Shown here in pieces: positions 10,618 through 23,285 of a DNA stretch of 64,000 nt (positions are counted from its first letter, which is position 1; each line of letters starts with the position of its first letter). A program made the position numbers and the translations under genes. The DNA comes from Enoplolaimus lenunculus. Lineage: Eukaryota. The notes under the pieces were generated by a model. It was not told where the DNA came from, did no database searches, and worked only from the letters and a program-made list of their open reading frames with translations. The stretch lies in the NCBI GenBank assembly GCA_030248215.1, contig JASANG010004128.1, positions 62,001 to 126,000 of the forward strand, given 5' to 3'.

Positions 10618-13600
10618 ATGAAAATGGTACTGTCGCAAAAGCAAAGAGAAGAATTGTAAGTTATCTATTATGTAACGTGTTACTTTAATTGGTATAGTTT
10701 TAAAGTATTGGCTTATGTACGTATGTACTCCAGTAAATTCATGCATACTTGTTACAGAGCAGTTTGTGACACGAGTTACGGTAGGGTTTAACGCATGACA
10801 GTTTTGAACGTTGACACGTGTTAACCGTATCTTATAGTGTTTTCGGTGGCAAAATGAATTTGTTTGTTGCGAACGATGCGTTATTGTGTCTGTTGGCTGT
10901 AACAATTTTCAAACACATCACATGAACAAATTGGCAATCATTTTTTTGTTCTGTAAGCCTAAACTACAATCAATTATTGTTAATTCAACTCATCGAAAAC
11001 AATTTAATAGATAAATTATGCAGAAAATTCAAGTAACTGCAAAAACGGTCATATTGAAATTACAATTGTTCAAGTGCAAAATTTCCTATATTTAAATGAT
11101 TAAGAATAACTTGCCACAAAACCGTAAAAATTCCAGTTCCTGCATTTTTAAATGCAGGAACATGAACAGGAACAAGAATTGGATGTTTTGCAGGAATTCC
11201 AGTATCACATCAGAAGTAGATTATTAACAAAATTGAACTAATTGCAATACCACTCGTTTAGAAATAGTTTTTCAAAGACAAACTTTCCAGTATGTACATG
11301 ATTATAAAAAAATTTGCCACAAAACCGTAAAAATTAAAGTTTCTGCATCTTCGAACGCAGGAACACGATCATGAATTGAATTTTTGAAGGAATTGCGGCC
11401 GGAACAGGATTTCCTGTGGAACCCTGCCAGTTAGCTAGGCTTAGCTGCATCGTAATTGAGCTCAGCCATACAGTTTATTGGCAGAAGTATAACGACACCG
11501 ACGAGTCTTCAAGATCCAACAGAAAAATCTTGAAACAAGTTAACTGCTGTTCCAAGTATTAAACCATCACAATCAGCGATGATACCCCGGAAGGAAAATT
11601 TTGTAAAAATGAAAATTTCAGAAAGTGTTAGCAAATTCGGGCTCGTTCGAAAGCTCAAAGTCTGAGGATTCCGATTTTGCGTATATATGTAGAATATGGT
11701 TTTGTAATTAAATAAAAAGTTATGTGTAAAAAACCTCAAATATTGATCACCCCGGAATTTTTGATTTTTACAAATTTTACAACTAATGGTTTTTTTCCAG
11801 TAGTGGTTTTTGCGGACGCTTACATTGATATAACCTTTCAAACTAGACCCAAACAGAGATTCTTTTATGCATCCGTCGCTCGCTCATCTCAAAACGTTGG
11901 TAAAAACACACAACAGTTTCTTAAAAATTTTATTTTAGCATAACGACTAGACTGTGTTCTAAGACACAATACTGAAAGTGCACTAGCTATTGCGTCAACA
12001 CTGGTAGTTTGAGCAATTTTTATAAAAAATATTCCTTCCAACGAACAACAAAAACAACACCTGAAACTGGCTCCTTAACGTCCGAAAACTGCGAAAACGT
12101 TTTGAATGGGGCTAAAAAGTACTATGAAATTAAATTTCGGGGGTGATCAAAAATGTTTCCGAGGGGAACGTGCATATCCACATCTATATTCACGGCTGCA
12201 ATAGGCAGAGATCGGCGATGTCGATTAAAAATCAAGACCGAGACCTGATAACTGAGACCGGTCATGAAAAGTCTCGGTGTCGGTCAATGTTTGGTCATCG
12301 CCGAAAAACTCAAAATTTTCAAAATAATTATTCTAATAGGTTAATCTTAATTTTTGATGTTTTGAATAATTATTTATGTTTTTTCAGCATATTATGTGCT
12401 CATAATTATTGCGTAACTATGGAAATTCATACATTCACAGCGAAATTTTATCCATAAGGCATCACATAGTCCAATAATACAGCGACACATTTGCGGAATT
12501 CTCGACTTCTAAACTCGGTGTGCAACCGGAATTCCGATTCCGATTAGAATTCCAATTCCGATTGCACAATCAATCGGAATTGGAATTTTAACGTTTTAGT
12601 TTTAGGCCTACTGGTTATGATATGTTGCATAAAAATTCGGCATCATTGATCTATTAAATTGATTTAGAGGAGTTAACATCAATAATTGTAGTTTAGCTTT
12701 GCAGAACCAAAAATGATAGCCAATTTGCTCATGCGACGTTTTTGAGAATTATGGCCAGCCAACAGACACCCTAAATCAATACTATACTTGTTAATACAAA
12801 TAATCCTTGTAGTCAAAAAATTTGTAGTTACGTTCCGGTATAAATTTGCTGTTCTGATTCCGGTATAATCCAGTTCCGCTTTGCACCCTGCTCGGTTCCA
12901 AACCACCAAGACTCAAAAAACCGAGACCGAGACTCCCATCCCTGGTAGTTGGCTGGTTAACCCGTTTATTTAAATCATTGTTTAATGTTGGTTTTGTTGC
13001 CAACAACAACTCAGACCAGGGTTACGCGTATAAAGTTTTAAGGTGACGATTATACTTTCCGGGCGATCAAACTGCATTCCACATTTTGACTTCTGTTTTT
13101 ACGGTGGCCAAAACAAATACACGCTTAATAAAAACTGGTGCAGGAAAATAGTTAATTGAGGGAACCTACACAAAAACTTGTTTTTGACCAGGTTTAAATG
13201 GCTAAAATGATTGTTGTTTACATGATATAGAGCACACATTTCCCCATATTTTAAGGCCTCGTCGTAAGCGAGTCCGTGGTTCCGTAGCCATGACATGTAA
13301 AGCACATTCAATTTTTATGAAAAAAATTACATTTTGCGAAAAATTCGAGAAGGGCACAGCGCTAAAAATGTTTAAAACAGAGACACTAGAACGGATTAGC
13401 TCATTTTTGAAATGTTCGGGAGAGTAAAATGAGAAGAAGATCATCTCATTTGGTCTACCCGTTAAGGAGTTATTACCAAAAATGGCAAAAAATTACGGGG
13501 GAGATAAAAATGTTCCGATTTACGCGAATCTCCTCCCTTGTAATGTCGACTGCGTTGGTTCGCAATGCTCATACGTACATGCGTACTTTTTGAAACGGTG

Positions 13601-16600
13601 GTCACTGGAAGTATACATAATCTATATTCAGCAACCAGTATTTACTTGGCGTTTCTATGGTTTCTTACCTCAAAGTTCGATTCTTTTACATATACGTATA
13701 TATAACATCCTGTGATGGTTAAGTTATCAGTGTACGCGGTATATAATCCAGCTATACAATGCCTATTGTATATATTATATACGTAGATATGCTGACGCTT
13801 GTGCCTGTCGTGTTCCTTGCCAATATCTCACTGCTATGTATGCAGAATTTCAATCTCATTAAGAATTCAACCGACGGCTATTCTTAAACAGATTGGTGGC
13901 GCAGACTGTGTCTTTGACTGTCTTTGCTGACATAATGATCTATATATCTAAACAACACTCACTCACTTTGTAGGATTTCCAATAGAAGCGAAATTTTGCC
14001 GGAACAGGAAAATCACGGGAGCAGATGTAATTTGCAGAAAACTGGGTAGCAAAACGTACCTTAGACGTTTCTAGGCGGTGCAAAACTAAGTTCTCCCTCT
14101 CGCTCTATTACAAGTCAGATTATTTAAGCTGGCGACTTTGTGACACAATCGCGTCTTTGTGACACAATTGCGTCAGGGAACCCTGGCAAATCTATAATCG
14201 CATTGTTTAAATACGTCGTGTAAGATTCAAAACGAAGTAGTCCGGCAGCATTCACTTAAAACAAATAACTTAGAACTAACATACGTCCGCGAAGTGAGTT
14301 CAAAATTTGTGAAGTAAGATTATGTATTGTTTGGATTGGTATAGTGTATAAACCAGCAGTATATAATCCGCTCCAAAAAACTGAGAGTTGTGTGATGGCA
14401 TGGTTGTGCCAAAAAACAATAATTAGCTGCTTGCTTGCTTCACGGTGGGGTTATACAACGTGCTTTACGTAGTTTGCCGATCCACCTCTGGACTTCTGGA
14501 GCTGACTAGATGTTGAAATCAACCTGGTTTTTACCACTACTTCTTAAACACACTGATTTTTTATGTGGTCCGGTTTAAGTTTTGACAGCGATCCTGAGTG
14601 CTGTGGTTCAAAACTGAACTGCTTATGGGTTATATATATATTGTCTGTATCAAAAATTTACTTGAAGATCCAGAATTATAGTATAAGTACGTACGATAAA
14701 GCCAAAGTGGCAAATAAAATTCAGTATAGTGTAACTCAATGGTATATTGTGCTTAGAGCAATGGTGTCTCTTTTTGTACATCACCGTCATGGTTCCTAAA
14801 ACAACAAAAACTTGCGACTGCAAATAGTTCTCTGAAAATATATACGTATGCAGCCGGGTTTCACCGGAACCGAAATTTTTACATTTTCTGGCAAATGCTA
14901 CAGAATTATTTAAATATTGGAAACTTTGTCTGTGAGAAATTGTTATTCCGGATTGAGTGTTTTTGCAATTAGTAGAATTTTGTTAATAAACAGATTCTGG
15001 TGTGTTTCCACAAAACTTGGTGCTTGGTTTCTGTAAATAAATTCAATTCGAGTTCCGAAAAACTCAGTTTCTGTTGGAACCATGATATGCACGTAGCTGT
15101 TATTTTTTCGTACATGTGAACAACATATTTGTAAGGTGCTTGCATTTCTTGTACCACATTTTTCATTGGCCAATCTGAAACATTGCTGTTTGAGAGTGCT
15201 TCATGAATTAATACAAACTGTCTGAATTTATGTAAGGATCGTGAATTTAGTTAAACACTTCGTATTCTACAACGTCTGAATGGAATAATTTTGTATCTCT
15301 CGAGCAAAGTACTAATTGCAGAACTTGTTAAGCATGATTTAAGCCACGAATTTTCTTATAAAACGTTATTCGCGCTGAATTTTTCTTGCAGGTGACACGT
15401 GCATATGTAAGTTTTATTAAAAAATTTTGCAGAACTGACAGCTGGAATTCATGCACGATTATATATGCGCAAGGAATGTACATGAACCGCCTTACAAATG
15501 ATATAATTCATATCATTGGCTAAATTTAGAATCTATATATACAGTTTATATTTGATAATTATTGTAGTCGTTTGCAAATTATGTATCGTTCACAGTAAAA
15601 AATTTCAGTTTGCCGCCGAAAACATTACAAAGTTGGGTTAACACGTGTCAATTTTCCAAATAGTCATAGTCATGCGTTAACCCTACCTTAACAGAAAATT
15701 CTTGTTAACCCTAACCCTGCCCTAACGCGTGTTGCAAAATGCTCTGTCACACGTGTTGAGGTAGGGTTAACAATTTTGCTTCCTTAAACGGCGCCTAAAC
15801 AAGCACTACGACTTCTATTAAAATAAAACTAAACGGCAATTAAAAATTTAAATCAAGTGTCGCAATGTGTTAACGTAAGGTTAAGTGGTATTTTGTGCTG
15901 TCGCCTGAAACTGCACTTTAGTGTTGCAAATCGATGCATTTTACACGTTCGTAGCTAGCACAACATGCTAAGAACACGCCGTATTTGTTCGATGCTAGCA
16001 CAACATGCCAACAACACGCCGTATTTGTTCGATAAGGTTCAAATAACTTCATATGACGTACAAGGGAGCGTAAAATTTTTCTAAGATGGGCCAAAAGTTT
16101 TGTTGAATGGCTAAGCAACACCCCCGTCCACGTGTTAACATACCAGTCGTAGTGGGACTACATTTATTGAGCGAAGCTCGAACACACGTAAGCAATTAAG
16201 GTAATATGCAAATTAGTTATTAGCTAACTATTCATTTATCGGTTTTGGAGGTTTGTAAGCAATTTCCTCAGATTCGTCGCACCCAAAAACCCTTCAGCCA
16301 CCCTATAATTTTTGGAATAATTTAAAAAGTCCTAATTTTGTCTGGTCAATTAAGCTAATATGCGAATTAGCTATTAGCTAACTATTCAATTATCGGTTTT
16401 GGAGGTTTGTAAACAATTTATTCAGATTCCATGCACCTAAAAACCATGTAGTGCTGAACTTATATTGCTTTTAACCTTAATAATTAGTGAAATATTGTAT
16501 AAAGTCCTAATTTAGGCTTATAACCTATGCTAATATGCAAATTATCTACTAGCTAACGGCTCAATCATCGGTTTTGGAGGGTTTTAAACAGTCTACGCAG

Positions 16601-19600
16601 ATTCCTCGTACCCAAAAAACCCCTTAATGCTAAAATTAGATTGCTTCTAACTGTAATAATTAGTGAAATATTGTGGAAAGTACTAATTTAGGCTTAATTA
16701 ATTATGCAAATTAGCCTGTAGCTAATAAACGGCTTAAAATTTTAAATCCCCAACGCTCGGAGTTTCGCTTCGCTCAATGACAATTTTAAAAATTGACACG
16801 TGTTAACGCTACCTTATAATGTTTTCGGTGGCAAAATGAAATTTTTCATTGTGAACGAACGATGTATTATTCTTGTCAAGAATCAAATTGAATGGCACAT
16901 TTCTTTGCAAGTACTTGCATCGGCTAGTTCAACATACAAGCTACAGTTGCATGTTCGCTTCAAAAATTTGCACGTCTGAATAGGTTTTAAAGATTTGATG
17001 CATCTAACGCATCGTAGCCTTACGTATGTATTTTTGTTATACTTTATATTTGTATTTTATTAATTTGGTTTTTTATTTTAATGTTTAAGGAATAGAGCTA
17101 TCGCTGATTATCTGCAATCAAGTGGCTACAGCGAAGCGTTAGACGCATTTAGGAAAGAAGCTGATCTCGTATGTTGTCTTGACGCAATTTTGGCGAGCAT
17201 CATTTTTACATAAATATTTCTATCCAAATTAATATAAAAATGTTTGATATATATTGCTCCATGTGTTCTGGGATTGCCAGGTTTCGGCCGAATATAAATT
17301 TTGGGTTCTGGAAAAGTAACGTTTGCTGATTTAAAGTTGTTTGCTATACTTAGCTTGGATTTTTCGTTTCACTTTACTGTCAAAAACTTCCGGGATATTG
17401 TGACCTGGCAATACGTATCTTGTATAATGTGTGTGAACCTTGGCAATGCAAAATATACTTTGTTTGTTTTAATTATGACAAATTTATATTATTGATGCGT
17501 TGCATCCTGTTTCAGAAGTCAGAAGAAACTGACAAAAAGTACGCTGGGATTTTAGAGAAAAAATGGACTTCAGTCATCAGATTGCAGAAAAAGGTTAGTG
17601 CAAAACTAAAAAACTTGTTAGTTCTTCTTTAAGAAGCTGTATAAAAATGTAGTCTTGATAGAAAATTTACTCTTTAATTGTGTTTTTTATGCAGGTGCAT
17701 GTTCGTATATCACAGCGTAACTAACGTTTCGATGCAGGGTTGTTGGCCGGAAAAAATGGGTTTTTTCATTTTTTTCCGAAAGGTGTGTAAAAAATGGAAC
17801 AATATTCAACGATTCTTAAATATAATTGCAACTACATATGACACAAAATAACGTTTTTAGACGACATGTAACTAATTTTCATGCAACACATTAACAGTGA
17901 CCATGTGTATATGTGCACCAGGACACAATTATATGTCCAAAAATAGCGGAAATTGCTTCATATATTGTCTATATACTAGGGTGCAAACGTAAATCTGATT
18001 TCTTTTGGGAAATTCGGTATTTTTCACTAACCGGTTAAGGTTTTAAATCATGTATTTTTAGCTGAATTTTCCAGTATTCTCGGTGTTAATAATTTTGATG
18101 TCAAAAGTTAAGTCTAAACTTCTTTAACGATTTTTTTGTGTAAAAAATGATTAATAAAAACATGACGTTATGCTGGTTATGCTTCAAAATAAGAATTTCA
18201 CTAAATTTCTTTAAAATGGGGGTTTGATGCTTCAATTTAAGCATTAAAAGTTTGCGTGTTAACGTGTTTGATGGCAATTGTTAAAAATTTCGCATGGTTG
18301 TATTAATTTTTGAGTGAAATTGTGCTAAAAATAACTTTTCGTTAATCTGTATTAATTTTGCACTATCTTGATCGGTTCCGGTAGAAAATCTGGTATTTTT
18401 TCTTTCCGTTTCAGCTATTTTGTAATTCCGATTGCACACCACTACACCAAAGAGGTGAAAACCGGATAAGTAATTGCTATTAGCTGAGCTAGTTTGAGTT
18501 GATGAAAGGATGCAGCAATGTTTTTCTCGTACTTTGGACTAAATGTATATGTGTGAACCACTAAAATTGTGTACTTGTTTACTTCCCTCCACACTATGAC
18601 TGTTTTAATAGAAGTTTTAAGTTCCTTCAGTGATTATCTTACTACATTATGACATGGATGGCTTAGCTTTAGGTTCACGCTTCAGCTTATGTATGGGGGT
18701 GTGGAAGTGAACAATTAAATAAAATTGTGCAACGCAAGCAAAGTGGATTAGCTTTTTGAAGAGTTGATCACCAAGTAATGTTTTCATTAACATTGGCACA
18801 GACGGTCGCGTATTATCTGCTTATGTTCATAATAGGCAAAACTTTTGTTAGTAAAATCTTTTTATTCTCGGCGACGGTTAAAAATGATCGTGACCTAGAC
18901 CAAAAGTATCGGTCTCGGTAGGTTGGGTTAGGTCTCGGTCTCGCTTTTTTGACCGAGACCGCCCATTCTTGGTATTTACTGACAATGAAGGTTTCTTCAT
19001 TATTCAGGTGATGGATCTAGAAGCGAGACTATCGGATGCAGAAAAAGAATACATTCAAGGAGCTCCGTCTCGTGATAAACGTTCTTTCGCTGAATGGATT
19101 CCGCGACCGCCCGAACGGTATACATTAACTGGACATCGCGCTCCTATCACCAAAGTCATATTTCATCCAAAATATAGTTTAGTTGCAACCTGCAGTGAAG
19201 ATGCAACTATTAAGGTAAGCCATGAAAAGCTTAGTGATAAGCGGAAAGAAAGTTTTGAATGTGTGTGCTTTCGTTGTTGTTATGGTATAAGTTTGTATGT
19301 ACGTACAAATTTTCTTTTGCTTCTGTTTCAAACTGTAACAACGGCTATGATTTTGTCATTCTAAAAAAATTGAGTATTTTTGGCCAAGGCAAGTTTTATT
19401 CCAGTCCAGTTCTTCATACGTACCAACGTTTTATCATGATTTCCATGCCCTATATATAAAGAAATAGATTTCCGATGATACCTGTAGTCGGAATTGGAAT
19501 CGGAACTGGATTGGAATGGGCCCTTCCGCCGGATAGTATATTTTTATTTGACCCGTGTGTAACCAAATATAACATCGAAATATGTGCTTGTGCGGCAGCA

Positions 19601-22600
19601 TTTAAATCGTTTAAAAATATGCGTATCTTTACCAGGATGTGACCGGATATTGGCTGCTGCAAAAATCGTCATTTTATCTTGGCGAATGTTTTTAAAACTT
19701 CAAAAAAATCGAAACCAACATTTAATTGCTTTTACATATTTTGTTTAGTGTCATAAATACGTTGTATGTTTGCATGTTCCTGTGTACGTTCATAATCTTT
19801 ATTGTGTTACAATAACGCTGAAAACCTGATTAAGATGGACAGTGTTATTGTAGGGGCATAACAGCATCCCAGTGTACTCCTGTTGTTAAGCCTAAGCGTA
19901 AAAATATGTCTAAAACTAAGCCTAAGCTAAGCAGAAACAATAGCCGTAATCCTAAACCGCCTCTATTTTGTAGTGCCTAGGATTACTAAATGCCCTTAAA
20001 AGTAACCTGGGTAAAAATAGTGGAATGGGTCGTTGTTGAAGTGCTAAAAATACATCGGCTTGAGATTTTAAGGTCTGTCACGTAAACATTTCGGATACCT
20101 TAGACCACGGAAAGAATTATTGTTAATACGTTCTCATATTTGAATGCCGTTCAGTACTAGATTTGAATTAATTATCCTGTCCGGCCGGATATTAATTACA
20201 TTATCCGGCTCCGACAAGTTTTGTCATCCGGTCGCATCCGAATGTTTACTGAATTAAAATAATTGATTTTTAGCTTGGATTTGTTATTTTACTTTAGTGT
20301 CAAAACCTTACGCTTTTTAACTTGCCCGGTAATGCAGTCGCAGGAAAATTTCTACTATTTCAACTCGTACAAAGCATGAACCCTGGTACGTACTACGGCC
20401 AAAATTCAAATTCCGATAGCAATGCGGTTTTAGTTTTGCATCGCAGATTTCTTGGCATCAAAATATTAAATATAGTTTATGGTATCTTTCTAACTTGATG
20501 ACAGATATACTTTTCAGTGTTTGTCTTTTTTAGATATGGGACTATGAAACTGGTGATTTCGAAACATCGCTTAGAGGTCATACAGATTCGATCACAGATG
20601 TGGCATTTGATGACCAAGGAAAATATTTAGGTTCAAACAGTTTTACAGATACTATTTTACTTTTGCACTTACAAATCTTTACTGAGTTTACTATGCGAAG
20701 TGAACGATGAAATTGCTGTGAAACTGAAAGAATCGCATTATTGTAATTTCTCGTGAGAAATCGTTTTGGCTACACCTGAATATTGATATCTTTTCAGTTG
20801 CACCTTAATATATTCACTTTCTGCTGTTTATTTTTTTTGGAAAGTAGTAGCCTGCTTTTTGGTGTCTGAACGTGTGTCTTCATCTCTGGAACTATATATG
20901 TTTTGATTAATAGGAAGTAAGTAAGTGCTCGGAAAAACTATTTCGATGTATTACCTCATGCCTGTCTAAAATGTAAAATCTTACCACATTATAGTATCGT
21001 GTTCACAAGATCTTACAATTAAACTGTGGGACTTCTCGACGTACGACTGTTTAAAAACGTTGACGGGTCATGATCACAGTGTATCGAGCATTATTTTCAT
21101 GCCGTCTGGCGACTTTCTAGTCTCTGCGTCTCGAGACAAAACCATTAAGATGTGGGAATTATCCACTGGGTAAGTGCCAATACACAGGTGGCTCTGTTAT
21201 TAATATTGTGCAATTCATTCACATATTTTCATAGCCTTGCTGCTTGAATCAATGCAATATTTTTCAGATTGCACCATACTAAACAATATTATCAAATGTG
21301 ACAAAAACTTGAATTGTCGTTATAAAAAGCGTTCAGTAATAATAAACATGTGTACCTCCTGGTTGTGTCCAAGAATTTCTAACGTTTAAAAATATAGTGT
21401 TTGTGCGTAACGTAAAAGTTAGCAAATGTTATTTTGAAAAATAAAAAAGTTTGTATGATTTAGTTAACCGGTGAAGGTCTGTTTTTGGAAGCCCTGTGTA
21501 AGGAAAGTGATTTTTAGATCAGTATTTGCAAAGGACGAACTGCTCAAAACTTTGTAAATGTTTAATGTTTCATATGTTGGACCCATGGTGCCCCAGAAAA
21601 GGTCTCTCACTTTTGTCAACCGGAGTTCTAGTATGCTGTTTGTTTCATAATTGGCAGTTTTATAGGTTTTGCACTAAAACATTCACTGGTCATCGTGAAT
21701 GGGTTCGTATGGTGCGCGTATATCATGACGGATCGTTATTGGCATCTTGTGGAGATGATCAGGTATGAATTACAGTCGTAAACTTTAGCACCTGCATGTA
21801 GTATTGCTGCTGAAAACATTCAAAGAAATCACTTGTATTTTCATAGATTTACTGTAATTAGTTATCTTTTGAAATTGCTACATCAATAATTTGTTGCACA
21901 TTAATATTTTGATACTTTAATTTATTGCATAATTATGACTTATTTTTGCTCATGGCAATCATGTTTTACAGACTGTCCGCGTGTGGGTTGTTGCAACGCG
22001 TGAATGCAAAGCTGAGCTCCGTGAGCACGATCACGTTGTTGAATGCATTTCATGGGTGCCGGAGGCTGCGTTACCTGAAGTTGGCGAAGCTATAGGTGGC
22101 GGCGATGGGGCTAAGACTGTGGGGGCTCCAAAAACGGGCCCAGTCCTTGTGTCTGGTTCACGCGACAAAAGCATCAAGTTTTGGGATGTTGCTGTCGGGC
22201 AGTGCTTATTTACTCTGGTATGCTTTAAAATTTGTACAGGTTTGTATAAGTCAAAGCTGGTACCTGGTCATGTATTCTCATCTGTGTGTACAACCTTAAC
22301 CAGGCGGTGATTGTTTTGTACCTGTTGTATCATTGAACTATTTTTTAGTGGAATAGTTTAGTGTTTTATGCTCATTATCTAGGGATGTTACAGAAGATGA
22401 TGATTCAAAATGTGGTGCGGATGGATTAAATAATAATATACGAGCATACATATAGGGTTCTTGTGGGGCTGAGATTTTTACCGCGTCAAAGGCCCCGAAG
22501 GTGAGGCAGGTACCAACTGGGGCCAAGTTAGAACACGTGAAGATAACTATCACGTGAGCTACGATATACGTAATATTTCTGTGCTGACTAACAGTGGTAA

Positions 22601-23285
22601 TAGAAACAATCTATCTGTTTGCAAATTTTTGTGGAATCGTTTAGTGTTTTATACCCACTATCTAGGAATGTCACGGAAACTTGCGTTTTTTTCGTTTAAC
22701 TATAGACCGGTCATGACAATTGGGTTCGTGGCCTCAGATTCCATCCTGGCGGCAAATACCTGTTGAGCTGCAGCGATGATAAAACTATACGAGTTTGGAG
22801 TATCGCTAATAAACGGTGCCAAAAGGTACTCAATGCTCATTCGCATTTCGTGACTGCGTTAGGTAAGTTTGATGTCACTTAGCAGCTTGGGGTTAACGTG
22901 ACTGATAATAAATTTGTAAAGTACATATTTCATTTCTGTATTTCGAGCAATTTGATATACCAGTAGTATTTGAGCGCAAAAACAGGATAATGTTTGTACA
23001 TAGAACGCTTCGTAAACCTGTTAGCGCTCCTATTAACTGAGACAGTGTACCTTGATATTATATACTATGTACAGTACGCACCTAAGCTGACATTTGTAAG
23101 ACTTCGAGACTGGGTTTGCGGTAAGACGGTTGGCATAAAGAGATAACATTGTATTTTTCACTAACTGTAAGATTATACTGCTAATAATTATTTAATTGTA
23201 TAGTGTTTTAGATTTTCATCGTCGTGATCCGTTTGTGGTAACCAGTAGCGTTGACCATACAGTCAAAGTTTGGGAGTGTCGCTAA
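10618..23285 (+). CDS. lis-1: Lissencephaly-1 homolog (LisH + coiled coil + WD40 repeats; dynein regulator), 415 aa; join(10618..10655,17090..17168,17516..17593,19008..19214,20534..20630,20995..21169,21666..21762,21972..22217,22706..22862,23212..23285)
   Basis: All introns are GT-AG with compatible phases and the exons sum to 1248 nt. Translation [21 protein letters not shown]...[19 protein letters not shown]...[19 protein letters not shown]...GHDNWVRG...[14 protein letters not shown] matches the LIS1/NudF family. Confidence 0.97.
15587..16857. mobile_element. Element with ~70-bp imperfect TIRs hosting the HINE; a related end lies at ~10810-10876
   Basis: 15587-15657 is the reverse complement of 16790-16857 (CGTTCACA..AAAAATTTCA.TTTGCC.CCGAAAACATTA...GTTAACACGTGTCAATTTT). 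Confidence 0.7.
16142..16778 (-). mobile_element. HINE/DINE-1-like element, copy 2
   Basis: Perfect 12-bp asymmetric subTIRs ATTGAGCGAAGC (16166-16177) and GCTTCGCTCAAT (16767-16778), terminal hairpin 16149-16161, internal tandem units, no TSD seen. Confidence 0.7.
18452..18812 (+). repeat. Dispersed repeat, copy 2
   Basis: Direct homology to 4851-5160, with a ~40-bp insertion. Confidence 0.85.
19633..20241 (+). mobile_element. hAT-type MITE in LIS1 intron 4
   Basis: TIRs CAGGATGTGACCGGAT / ATCCGGTCGCATCCG; flanks ATCTTTAC / ATGTTTAC give a 7/8 TSD. Confidence 0.75.

Noticed and set aside
22397..22472. Intronic C/D snoRNA (ATGATGA...CTGA, 76 nt) in LIS1 intron 8
   Set aside because: No terminal stem, no clear C'/D' boxes and no rRNA complementarity I can recognise; a snoscan or Rfam search would be needed.
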